Shown in pieces: positions 9,516 through 18,062 of a DNA stretch of 32,000 nucleotides (its first letter is position 1; every line of letters begins with the position of its first letter). Under the pieces are notes generated by a model. That model ran no database searches and had not been told where the DNA came from. It saw only the letters and a program-made list of their open reading frames with translations. The DNA lies in contig NC_016893.1 in the NCBI RefSeq assembly GCF_000247565.1, positions 60,001-92,000 of the forward strand. The letters are read 5' to 3'. The position numbers and the translations under genes are program-made. Source of the DNA: Wigglesworthia glossinidia endosymbiont of Glossina morsitans morsitans (Yale colony). GTDB taxonomy: Bacteria > Pseudomonadota > Gammaproteobacteria > Enterobacterales > Enterobacteriaceae.

Positions 9516-9542
9516 TAAAGCTTTGTTAATCCGAGCCGATAT
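9516..9542 (+). promoter_or_regulatory. Sigma-28 (FliA) class-3 promoter for fliC
   Basis: The plus strand reads TAAAGCTT (9516..9523), then an 11-nt spacer (tgttaatccga), then GCCGATAT (9535..9542). This is 14 of 16 consensus positions with exact spacing, about 60 nt upstream of the fliC ATG. The SD GAGGGA is at 9589-9594. Confidence 0.85.
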
Positions 9543-9602
9543 CTTTTATCGTGTTCTTAAATATATTCAACAGAACTTCGCATAAAACGAGGGAAACCGT
9601 AT

Positions 9603-10868
9603 ATGTCTCATGTAATTAATACTAACATGCTATCTATAACTGCTCAAAATAATTTAAACAAGTCTCAGACATCTCTTAACACGGCAATTCAAAGACTTTC
9701 TTCCGGTTTAAGAATTAATAGCTCCAAAGATGATGCTGCCGGGCAAGCTATTAGCAATAGATTTACTTCGCTTATTAATGGTCTCGGTCAAGCAGCAAGA
9801 AATGCAAATGACGGTATTGCAGTTGCTCAAACTGCAGAGGGAGCTATTAACGAAATTAATGAAAACATGCATGCTATTCGACGTTTGACTGTACAAATTA
9901 AGTCTACTGCATCAGTTTCTAAAGCAGATAAAAAATCAATTCAAGACGAAATAAAGAAACGTCTTAGCGAAATTGATCGCTTAGCGGAACAAACAGAATT
10001 TAATGGAATGAAAATTCTTAGTCAAAATCAACGACTTAGCGTTCAAATTGGAGCAAATGACGGACAAGTAGTTAACATCGATCTATTTAAATTGGATACA
10101 GAATCTCTGCACGTTAAAGATTTTAATGTAAATTCAGATGCTCTGTACGCTTCTGACATAGACGAAAATGCTGTTACAAGTGCTAAGATAGGAATAGAAG
10201 CAAAAAAAATATTAGATTCTAGCACTCCAGAAAGTAAAAAGAACATTAAACGCCAATTATATGAATCAGGCGGCGAATATTTCTTTAAACAAATTGACGG
10301 CAATGAATACTATAAAGTAGAAATATCAAATACGGGAGTAGCACAGTACAACTCATCTTCCCCAGCCGAATTAACTGAAATACCTAAGTCAGTAAAAACA
10401 GCTCAAATAACAGTAGAAATTGATCCAAAAACGCTTGCAGTAGGAGAAACATTAAAATCTTATATGAAAGATGGTATTCAACAGTATCTTATACACAAAC
10501 AAGAAGGAGATAAAGAAATCTATCACGAAGCTATTATTAATTACGAAGGAAAAGTAAAATCAGGTTCCGAACTAGATTTCGAAACACTTTTAACCATGGA
10601 CCCATTAAAAGAAATAGATGATGCTATCGCAAAAATAGACGATATACGAGGATCTTTAGGAGCAACTCAAAATCGATTAGGTTCCGTAATTAATAGTTTA
10701 AGTACTACAATAGCAAATTTGACACAGTCAAGATCAAATATTTTAGATGCAGATTTTGCCACAGAAGTATCTAACATGAATCGCGCTAACATTCTACAAC
10801 AAGCAGGTACAGCAGTTTTAGCACAAGCTAATGCGGTTCCTCAAAATATTTTAGCTCTATTAAGATAG
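9603..10868 (+). CDS. fliC: Flagellin FliC
   Basis: 421 aa. The N-terminus MSHVINTNMLSITAQNNLNKSQTSLNTAIQRLSSGLRINSSKDDAAGQAISNRF and the C-terminus LGATQNRL...IANLTQSRSNILDADFATEVSNMNRANILQQAGTAVLAQANAVPQNILALLR are canonical flagellin D0/D1 sequence. The central ~160 aa is unique. Confidence 0.97.
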   Translation: MSHVINTNMLSITAQNNLNKSQTSLNTAIQRLSSGLRINSSKDDAAGQAISNRFTSLINGLGQAARNANDGIAVAQTAEGAINEINENMHAIRRLTVQIKSTASVSKADKKSIQDEIKKRLSEIDRLAEQTEFNGMKILSQNQRLSVQIGANDGQVVNIDLFKLDTESLHVKDFNVNSDALYASDIDENAVTSAKIGIEAKKILDSSTPESKKNIKRQLYESGGEYFFKQIDGNEYYKVEISNTGVAQYNSSSPAELTEIPKSVKTAQITVEIDPKTLAVGETLKSYMKDGIQQYLIHKQEGDKEIYHEAIINYEGKVKSGSELDFETLLTMDPLKEIDDAIAKIDDIRGSLGATQNRLGSVINSLSTTIANLTQSRSNILDADFATEVSNMNRANILQQAGTAVLAQANAVPQNILALLR

Positions 10869-10881
10869 AGAAATAAAACAA

Positions 10882-10918
10882 ATATATGGTCCTATATATT
10901 TCGGGGCCATATATTTTC
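10882..10918. terminator. Bidirectional rho-independent terminator between convergent fliC and trhO
   Basis: ATATATGGTCC (10882-10892) pairs with GGGCCATATAT (10904-10914), giving 11 bp including one G-U. A T-run follows on the plus strand, and TTTGTTTTATTT follows on the minus strand. It is the only GC-containing hairpin in this spacer. Confidence 0.7.
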
Positions 10919-10932
10919 AGAAAATAAATAAA

Positions 10933-11850
10933 TCAAAAAAACTCATTATTATAACAATACGAAGAACAAAATTCTTTAAACTTTTCGTTGCAAATTTTAC
11001 ACTGAAGAAAAAGTACATTACATTTTTTTCTTGCGCAATTTTTATGTAAATAAGATTGATTAATTTTACACTGATGACAATAAGATACTATATTTATATT
11101 AGTATTTTCAAACAGACGTGCATCAAATACAAACATTTTACCTAAAAATTTTACAGCATATTTTTTTTTTCTCATATAATTAATATAATTTATAATACCG
11201 CCTTTTAAAAAAAATACATGTTCGAAATTATTTTGTATTAACCATGCGCTCGCTTTTTCGCATCTAATACCTCCTGTACAATATAAAACAATCTTTTTAT
11301 GCTGATAATTTTTGAGCGCCCTAGTCATGTTTGTTAATTGGTTTCTAAAAGTTTGTGCAGGCACATGTATTGAATTTTCAAAATGTCCTATTTCATATTC
11401 ATAATTATTTCTTACATCTACAATTAAGCAATTTTTGCTATTAGACATAGTGTTAAATTGTTTCACTGATATACATTTGCCTAATTTTTCTACATTAAAT
11501 TTAAAATTTTTAATACCATCATTTACAATATGAGGTCTAACTTTTACTTGTAATTTATAAAAAGATATTGAATGATCGTCAGTCGAAAAATTAAATTTTA
11601 CATTTTTAAAAATTGGATTTAATTCATATAAAAAATTTTTTAATATATATATATATTTTTTATATATATAAATCTGCGCGTTAATGCCTTCTTGAGCAAT
11701 ATAAATTCTTCCCAAGATTTTTAACTCTTTTAATTTATTCAGTAATATTAATTGTAATTTTTTTGGATTTTGAATGTGGAAATATCGGTAAAAAGATATT
11801 GTTTTCTTTTCTTTAAAAGTTAAACTAGATTTTATATTAATGTTTTTCAT
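10933..11850 (-). CDS. trhO: Rhodanese-domain tRNA uridine(34) hydroxylase TrhO (YceA, UPF0176)
   Basis: 305 aa. 'TISFYRYFHI', 'GRIYIAQEGINAQI', 'VDVRNNYEYEIGHFENS', 'KKIVLYCTGGIRCEKASAWL' and 'GGIINY' match E. coli YceA almost block for block. It has a Cys-rich C-terminal tail. Confidence 0.93.
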   Translation of the reverse strand: MKNINIKSSLTFKEKKTISFYRYFHIQNPKKLQLILLNKLKELKILGRIYIAQEGINAQIYIYKKYIYILKNFLYELNPIFKNVKFNFSTDDHSISFYKLQVKVRPHIVNDGIKNFKFNVEKLGKCISVKQFNTMSNSKNCLIVDVRNNYEYEIGHFENSIHVPAQTFRNQLTNMTRALKNYQHKKIVLYCTGGIRCEKASAWLIQNNFEHVFFLKGGIINYINYMRKKKYAVKFLGKMFVFDARLFENTNINIVSYCHQCKINQSYLHKNCARKKCNVLFLQCKICNEKFKEFCSSYCYNNEFF

Positions 11851-11964
11851 AAAGATTTAAACAATTAAAATTTTTATATAAAAAATTGTATTTCAAAATT
11901 ATAAATCAAGCATAAATTTATTTCAAATTACATAAAAATTAAATTTTCGATAAAATTAATGTAA

Positions 11965-14469
11965 TTATTTTGATTTAAGTAAATTTTTTTTGGATTGTAA
12001 CCAAATTAAAAAATGTAACTTACTTAAAATTACAGGATCATTCAATATAAATAAGCGTTCAAAAATATCGAGATTTTTAATTCCTTTTAAAAAAATAATA
12101 TTTAAATACTTTTGTCTGTTGATTTCAATTAATTCAGAATGATTGTGTCGTGAATTTGCAAATGTTATAGCAAGTGCATTATACGCAGGATGTATAATAG
12201 CTTGAAAAAAACCATTTTTTAATAATCTTGATTGATTAATTTTAAAATATTTTTTAGTATTCACTAGTTCTTTTGGTGGTAAATATTCTTCAGGAATTAG
12301 AAATAAATTCAATTTTTTTAAAAATAAACCTATAGTCGAATAACTTGAATAAACAGAAATTAATGGCGACATAATCAACGCACTAAGAATAGGAATGAAC
12401 CAAAATAAATATTTAAAATTAATATAAAAAATTAATCCTAAGGTCCAAAAAATTCCAATTAATACTTGCGATAAATGATGCTTGAAAGCATCACGCCAAC
12501 TCGTGATTTCGTTGTTACGTTTTGGCGATTTCCACGTTATTGGACGTCCAATACATGCACTAAAAATAAAAAATGTATGACATACCATTTTAATCGGAGT
12601 AAAAAACATAGAAAATATTATTTCTAATAATATTGATAATATAAAACATTTAGCACCTCCAAATGGTTTTGAATTTTTGGAAATTATTAACGTTATACTA
12701 AATAACTTTGGTAAAAATAACAAAAATAAAGTTACAAAAAATAGTTCTGTAGCTATTTTTAAATACCAATAAGGAAAAAAATGAAAATAAGAGTTTATTG
12801 CAGAAATATATTGAAATTTAATATTATATATTATTTGTAATATTGTAGATAAAATTAAAAATGCAAACCAAAGCGGCGCTGATAAATACGACATCACTCC
12901 AGTTAAAAATACTATTCTATGCACTGGATGCAATCCTCTAACTAGAAATAATCTAAAATTCATTAAATTTCCGTAACACCATCTGCGATCTCGTTTTAAT
13001 TCATCTAATAAGTTAGGTGGTGGCTCTTCATAACTCCCAGGTATATCATATGCAATCCATACTCCCCACCCGGCACGACGCATTAGAGCGGCTTCAACAA
13101 AATCATGTGATAAAATTGATCCAGACAAAATTCCGCTTCCAGGAAGGGGGGCGAGAATACAATTTTTCATAAATGGTTGAATTCGAATAATAGCGTTATG
13201 TCCCCAATAATGTGATTCTCCTAATTGCCAAAAATGCATTCCAGCTGTAAATAAAGGAGTATATACTTGTGTTGCAAACTGATGATAACGTGCGTATAAA
13301 GTATTCATGCCTGAAGTTTTTGGAATACTTTGGATAATTCCTGCTTTAGGATTTGATTCCATTAATTTGACAAGATGAATAAGACAATTTCCGCTCATGA
13401 CACTATCTGCATCTAAAATAACCATATATGAGTATTTTTTACCCCATCTGCGGCAAAAATCATCAATATTTCCACTTTTTTGTTTTATACGTCTATGACG
13501 ACGTCGGTAAAAAATATTATTAAATCCCTTGGTTTCTTCACATAATTCTATCCAAGACTTTTGTTCTGAAACACAAATATCTGGATTGTAACTATCGCTT
13601 AATATATATATATCAAAAAATTTAATTTTTCCAGTAGCTATAATAGATTCATAAGTAGCTTTTAAACCTGCAAATACACGTTCAACATTTTCATTACAAA
13701 TCGGCATTAAAATCGCAGTTCGGTGGTGATGATTTAATTTTTTTTTAATATGATTGTTAGAAATATTAAATTTATCATTTTTTACACTTAATTGAATAAA
13801 TCCCATAAATGCAGTCCAAAAACTAGCTGAAACCCAAAAAAATAAAACAAAAAATAGTAATAATATTGTAGTATGTAATGTATATAAGATAATTTTTTCA
13901 GAATATTTTAAAAAACTATAATTGAAGTTATGAATTAAATTTATACAAGATAAATTTTGGTGTAATAAAATACTATTTAACTTGTATGATGCTATCGTAG
14001 TTTGTATTAAAATTAAAAGTAAAAATATATATCTTCTTGCAATACCTACAATTCTCCATTTTTCTAAATTACACTTTTTTTTATTCTTAAAAATAAATTG
14101 AAAAATTTTTTTTTTATTAAAAAGTTGTTTAAAAATTAATATGTAAGAATTAATTATCCATGGTGTTGGAGCAATACTAGAACGATTTACTTTAGGTGTA
14201 GATCGGATTAATGGACGATTATTGGAATCTTTTATCATTATTTTTGGAAAATTTATAATTTTTGGCCAAGCTAATTTAAGACGTTTTTTTACAGATGACA
14301 TCGTGATATCTTTCCAACAAAACATATTATATTTTTTATTTTTATTTTCGATTAAAGCACGATGTATGTAAAATAATCGTTTATAAGTGTATTTGTATAT
14401 CTTGTGAGTTAAAATATCAATTTTTTTATTTGAACACTTTAAAAGTTTTATATAACTTGTATTAAGCAA
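11965..14469 (-). CDS. opgH: Osmoregulated periplasmic glucan glucosyltransferase OpgH (MdoH)
   Basis: 834 aa, collinear with E. coli OpgH (about 847 aa). Matching blocks include '[24 protein letters not shown]', '[25 protein letters not shown]', '[13 protein letters not shown]', '[54 protein letters not shown]' and multiple TM segments. The start is uncertain: the ORF-track start at 14469 is TTG, and in-frame ATGs lie at codons 49 and 57. Confidence 0.95.
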   Translation of the reverse strand: MLNTSYIKLLKCSNKKIDILTHKIYKYTYKRLFYIHRALIENKNKKYNMFCWKDITMSSVKKRLKLAWPKIINFPKIMIKDSNNRPLIRSTPKVNRSSIAPTPWIINSYILIFKQLFNKKKIFQFIFKNKKKCNLEKWRIVGIARRYIFLLLILIQTTIASYKLNSILLHQNLSCINLIHNFNYSFLKYSEKIILYTLHTTILLLFFVLFFWVSASFWTAFMGFIQLSVKNDKFNISNNHIKKKLNHHHRTAILMPICNENVERVFAGLKATYESIIATGKIKFFDIYILSDSYNPDICVSEQKSWIELCEETKGFNNIFYRRRHRRIKQKSGNIDDFCRRWGKKYSYMVILDADSVMSGNCLIHLVKLMESNPKAGIIQSIPKTSGMNTLYARYHQFATQVYTPLFTAGMHFWQLGESHYWGHNAIIRIQPFMKNCILAPLPGSGILSGSILSHDFVEAALMRRAGWGVWIAYDIPGSYEEPPPNLLDELKRDRRWCYGNLMNFRLFLVRGLHPVHRIVFLTGVMSYLSAPLWFAFLILSTILQIIYNIKFQYISAINSYFHFFPYWYLKIATELFFVTLFLLFLPKLFSITLIISKNSKPFGGAKCFILSILLEIIFSMFFTPIKMVCHTFFIFSACIGRPITWKSPKRNNEITSWRDAFKHHLSQVLIGIFWTLGLIFYINFKYLFWFIPILSALIMSPLISVYSSYSTIGLFLKKLNLFLIPEEYLPPKELVNTKKYFKINQSRLLKNGFFQAIIHPAYNALAITFANSRHNHSELIEINRQKYLNIIFLKGIKNLDIFERLFILNDPVILSKLHFLIWLQSKKNLLKSK

Positions 14470-14954
14470 AGTAAAATCTCGTCTAATTATTTTAGTTTAA
14501 AATTAATATAAATTAAAATTTCAATTTTTATATGTATTAAAATTTAAAATAATTTTTAATTATTCATAATGATAAATTTTTGATCTTTATAAGATATCTT
14601 TGAAAAATTTTATAAATTCATTTGAAAAAATTAAATATATTAAATATAATTGATTTATATCAAATATATAAATTTATTGAAACATATCATAGTTCATTAT
14701 ATAATAATAAATATAGTAATTTTACTACAATTTAGTTTATTAATTTTAAAAGGCAGAAGATCTTTAATATGAAATTTACTTATATTTAAATATTTTAAAA
14801 ATTTTTTCAGAATTATTTTATTTTCATTTTGAAAACTAAAAATTTATTTTTGATTGAAGCATATTTATTAGTTTAATAAAATAAATCAAGTATATATTTT
14901 ATACATAAAAAAATTGATTATATACTTTTTTAATCGTTATTTCATGTAAATATT

Positions 14955-15704
14955 TCAAAAATTATTTTTCATTTCTCTAAGAGTTTTAAAAATATACCAT
15001 TCTTCTTCTAGTAATAAAGATTTTAGCTTGCCTTGAAAATTGAAATTGTAAGGATTTAAAAAGATGTTAATTTGACGTTCTAAATATAATATAGACGGCA
15101 CAGTGGGTTTTTTATGCAAACGTAGCATTTCGACATGTTTTTTATAAAGTAGCAATGCAGCATTTTCAGGTAATATACTAAGCGCAAAATTCAAATTTTG
15201 CAAAGTATATTCGTGTCCTGCACAAATTAGTGTATTTGGAGGCATCTTATTTATTTTTTTAATTGATAGATACATATCATAAGCATTTCCTTCAAATAAT
15301 CTTCCACATCCTGCAGAAAATAAAGTGTCACCAGAAAAAAACCATGGGGTAGTATAAAATCCTATATGACCTAAAGTGTGTCCGGGAAGATTAAATACCT
15401 GAAATATTTGATTTAATAAAAATAACTTATCTCCTTCTTTTACTATTTTAGTAGTACCGTTATAGATTGTTTCTTTAGGGCCATATACAGGAATTTGAAA
15501 AATATCTTTCAATTTTTGTACGCCATCAACATGATCGTAATGATGATGCGTTAATAATATTGCGATTGGTATAAAATTTTTTTTTACACATAACTTATAT
15601 ACAGAACTATATTCTCCTGGATCAATAATTAAACATTCTTTTTTTTCATTATATAAAATCCAAATATAGTTATCTTTATTTGATTCAATCTTAGTAAGAT
15701 ACAT
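14955..15704 (-). CDS. gloB: Hydroxyacylglutathione hydrolase (glyoxalase II) GloB
   Basis: 249 aa. It has the metallo-beta-lactamase motif THHHYDHVDG plus 'GHTLGH' and 'CAGHEYT', the glyoxalase II pattern. It lies next to rnhA-dnaQ, as in E. coli. Confidence 0.93.
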   Translation of the reverse strand: MYLTKIESNKDNYIWILYNEKKECLIIDPGEYSSVYKLCVKKNFIPIAILLTHHHYDHVDGVQKLKDIFQIPVYGPKETIYNGTTKIVKEGDKLFLLNQIFQVFNLPGHTLGHIGFYTTPWFFSGDTLFSAGCGRLFEGNAYDMYLSIKKINKMPPNTLICAGHEYTLQNLNFALSILPENAALLLYKKHVEMLRLHKKPTVPSILYLERQINIFLNPYNFNFQGKLKSLLLEEEWYIFKTLREMKNNF

Positions 15705-16023
15705 ATAGTTTTCCTGGTTGAGTTGAAATTAATAACATTATTTATTTTTAATACTATTTAATGCATAGTAAACTTATAAAATAAATTGTAATTAATTTTT
15801 TTTATACAATAAAAAAATTTTTTTTATTTAACATAGAATTATATCATAATTGCGTTATTATATTTTTGATAAAAAATTTATAACGTTCATGAAAAAAATT
15901 TTTATTAAAAAAAATTAAAATTTATATTAGTCAATATAAATTTTATTCAATAAAATACGAATAAACTTTGAGCATCTAAAAAATATAATATTAAATATTG
16001 AAATTAAAAATATAATATTAATT

Positions 16024-16488
16024 TTAACATTTTCGATACTTTATATCTACCGTACTAGGATTTTCAGCAGCAAGACGTGCTAATAAATCACACCTGTCAT
16101 GCTCTGTGTAATTTGTATGTCCTTTAATCCAATTCCAGTGAACAAGATGTTTTTTTATAAGCGAATCAAGTTGTTTCCATAAATCAATATTTTTTACAGG
16201 TTTATTTCTTTTTGTTTTCCAATCATTTTGTTTCCAAAATTGGATCCATTTTGTAATTCCATATCTTAAATAGTTACTGTCTGTATTCAAAGTAATATTA
16301 TAAATATCTTCTAATGATTCTAAAGCTATGATAGCTGCTAATAATTCCATTCTGTTATTAGTCGTAAAATAATATCCATTACTAATTTCTTTATATAATC
16401 CATCACCAAATATTAAAATACCATATCCTCCTGGTCCAGGATTCCCTAAACATGATCCATCTGTAAATATTTTAATTTTCTTTTTCAT
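16024..16488 (-). CDS. rnhA: Ribonuclease HI
   Basis: 154 aa. 'IFTDGSCLGNPGPGGYG', 'TTNNRMEL.AAI.ALE' and 'DSNYL..GIT.WI..WK...WKT' are canonical RNase HI blocks. It is divergent from dnaQ. Confidence 0.96.
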   Translation of the reverse strand: MKKKIKIFTDGSCLGNPGPGGYGILIFGDGLYKEISNGYYFTTNNRMELLAAIIALESLEDIYNITLNTDSNYLRYGITKWIQFWKQNDWKTKRNKPVKNIDLWKQLDSLIKKHLVHWNWIKGHTNYTEHDRCDLLARLAAENPSTVDIKYRKC

Positions 16489-16532
16489 TGTAATGTATTA
16501 ATATCTTAAAAACATTTAATTATTTTTAATAT

Positions 16533-17279
16533 ATGCAAACTCAAATTGATAGACAAATTGTTTTAGATACTGAAACAACTGGAATCAATAAATATGGACC
16601 ACATTATTATAATCATAAAATAATTGAGATTGGAGCAATAGAAATTATTAATCGTAGATTCACCAATCAATGTTTTCATACATATTTAAAACCCAATCGT
16701 CCCGTAGATATTTCTGCTTTTAAAATACATGGTATTAGTGATGAATTCTTATTTGATAAACCTATTTTTTCTAATATAGCTTTAGATTTTATTAATTTTA
16801 TCAAAGGGTCGGAGTTAATAATTCATAATGCTAATTTTGATGTAGGATTTATAAATTACGAACTTAAATTAATGCAAAATAATCTTCAAAATATTGCAGA
16901 AATTTGCACTGTTACAGATACATTAAAATTAGCAAGAAAAATATTCCCCGGAAAACGTAACAATCTGGATGCATTATCCGAGAGATATGGTGTAAATACT
17001 GCAAAAAGAACTATGCATGGAGCATTATTAGATGCTGAAATCCTTTCTCATGTATATCTGTCAATGACAGGAGGGCAAATTTGCATAAATTTTTCAAAAA
17101 AAATGAATGCTAATATTTTACGAAAAAATTATAAATTTTTTGATAAAAATCATCATAAAAAAACAATAAAAACAAGCACTCCGATAATTTATGCAAATGC
17201 AGAAGAAATACATGCACATAAAAAATATATTCAAATGATAAAAAATACAAATAATTTTTGTTTATGGGATGAAAAATAA
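16533..17279 (+). CDS. dnaQ: DNA polymerase III epsilon subunit (3'-5' proofreading exonuclease)
   Basis: 248 aa. 'RQIVLDTETTG', 'HKIIEIGA', 'IHNANFDVGF' and 'HGALLDAEIL..VYL.MTGGQ' carry the Exo I, II and III motifs. Confidence 0.96.
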   Translation: MQTQIDRQIVLDTETTGINKYGPHYYNHKIIEIGAIEIINRRFTNQCFHTYLKPNRPVDISAFKIHGISDEFLFDKPIFSNIALDFINFIKGSELIIHNANFDVGFINYELKLMQNNLQNIAEICTVTDTLKLARKIFPGKRNNLDALSERYGVNTAKRTMHGALLDAEILSHVYLSMTGGQICINFSKKMNANILRKNYKFFDKNHHKKTIKTSTPIIYANAEEIHAHKKYIQMIKNTNNFCLWDEK

Positions 17280-17316
17280 AAATTTTCACGAAACTTATAA
17301 ATACATTAATTTAAGA

Positions 17317-17892
17317 TCAAAGATCTCTACTATATAGATAGTAAGAAGTACGTTTAGTAGTTTTTTTTCTATATATCTTCCAACTTTTTGGAACTATAGG
17401 ATCTGAATTTGATCGATCTATTTCAATGTAAATCCACGATTTTTGCTTTAAAAAATAATTTTTTTCTAAAAAATAAACTACATAATTAACTAAATTAATA
17501 TTTAAATATGGAGGATCAATAAAAACTATATCAAAAGAAAATCGTGGTTTTTTTAACCAAATTAAAATATTCGTCGTGATAACACGAAAATTTTTTGCAT
17601 GTAAATCATTTAATTTTTTCATTAATCTTAGATTAAGATATAAATTTTTTTCTATAAAAAAAACAAATTTGGCATATCTTGACAACGCTTCACTACCCAA
17701 TATACCGGTACCAGAAAAACAATCTAAACATAAAGATCCTTGAACAACAGGAGCAAGCCAATTAAACAATGTTTCTCGAATCGAACTTAAAGTAGGACGC
17801 AAATCAGTAATAAATGGTACTAAAAATTTTGTATTTTTCCATTTTCCTCCAATAATACGAATTTTATGTTTATTTAAATTTTTTATGTTCAT
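17317..17892 (-). CDS. rsmD: 16S rRNA (guanine966-N2)-methyltransferase RsmD (YhhF)
   Basis: 191 aa. 'IRIIGGKW', 'LRPT...IRETLFNWLAP', 'CLDCFSGTG.LG.EALSR' and 'VFIDPPY' match E. coli RsmD. It is divergent from ftsY, as in E. coli. Confidence 0.9.
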   Translation of the reverse strand: MNIKNLNKHKIRIIGGKWKNTKFLVPFITDLRPTLSSIRETLFNWLAPVVQGSLCLDCFSGTGILGSEALSRYAKFVFFIEKNLYLNLRLMKKLNDLHAKNFRVITTNILIWLKKPRFSFDIVFIDPPYLNINLVNYVVYFLEKNYFLKQKSWIYIEIDRSNSDPIVPKSWKIYRKKTTKRTSYYLYSRDL

Positions 17893-18062
17893 TTTTATGA
17901 TTATAATTATTTATTTAATTATGATTTTAAATATTTATTTAAAAATAGATTATTGATTTAAACTTAATTAAAAATTTAATTAAATGATTAAAATTAACTA
18001 ATTTTTTAATGGTATAATATATTAATTAATATTTTTTAGTAAACTATCACATAACAAAAAGA

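Noticed and set aside
9708-10303. Two minus-strand ORFs (9708-9896, 62 aa; 10043-10303, 86 aa) inside fliC
   Set aside because: Both are antisense to canonical flagellin coding sequence. They have no SD or promoter context and no family resemblance. They are shadow ORFs.
11641-11670. (TA)n microsatellite-like run inside trhO (taatatatatatatattttttatatatataaat)
   Set aside because: It is in frame, encodes IYIYKKYIYI, and is compatible with the compositional bias. There is no evidence of a regulatory or phase-variable role.
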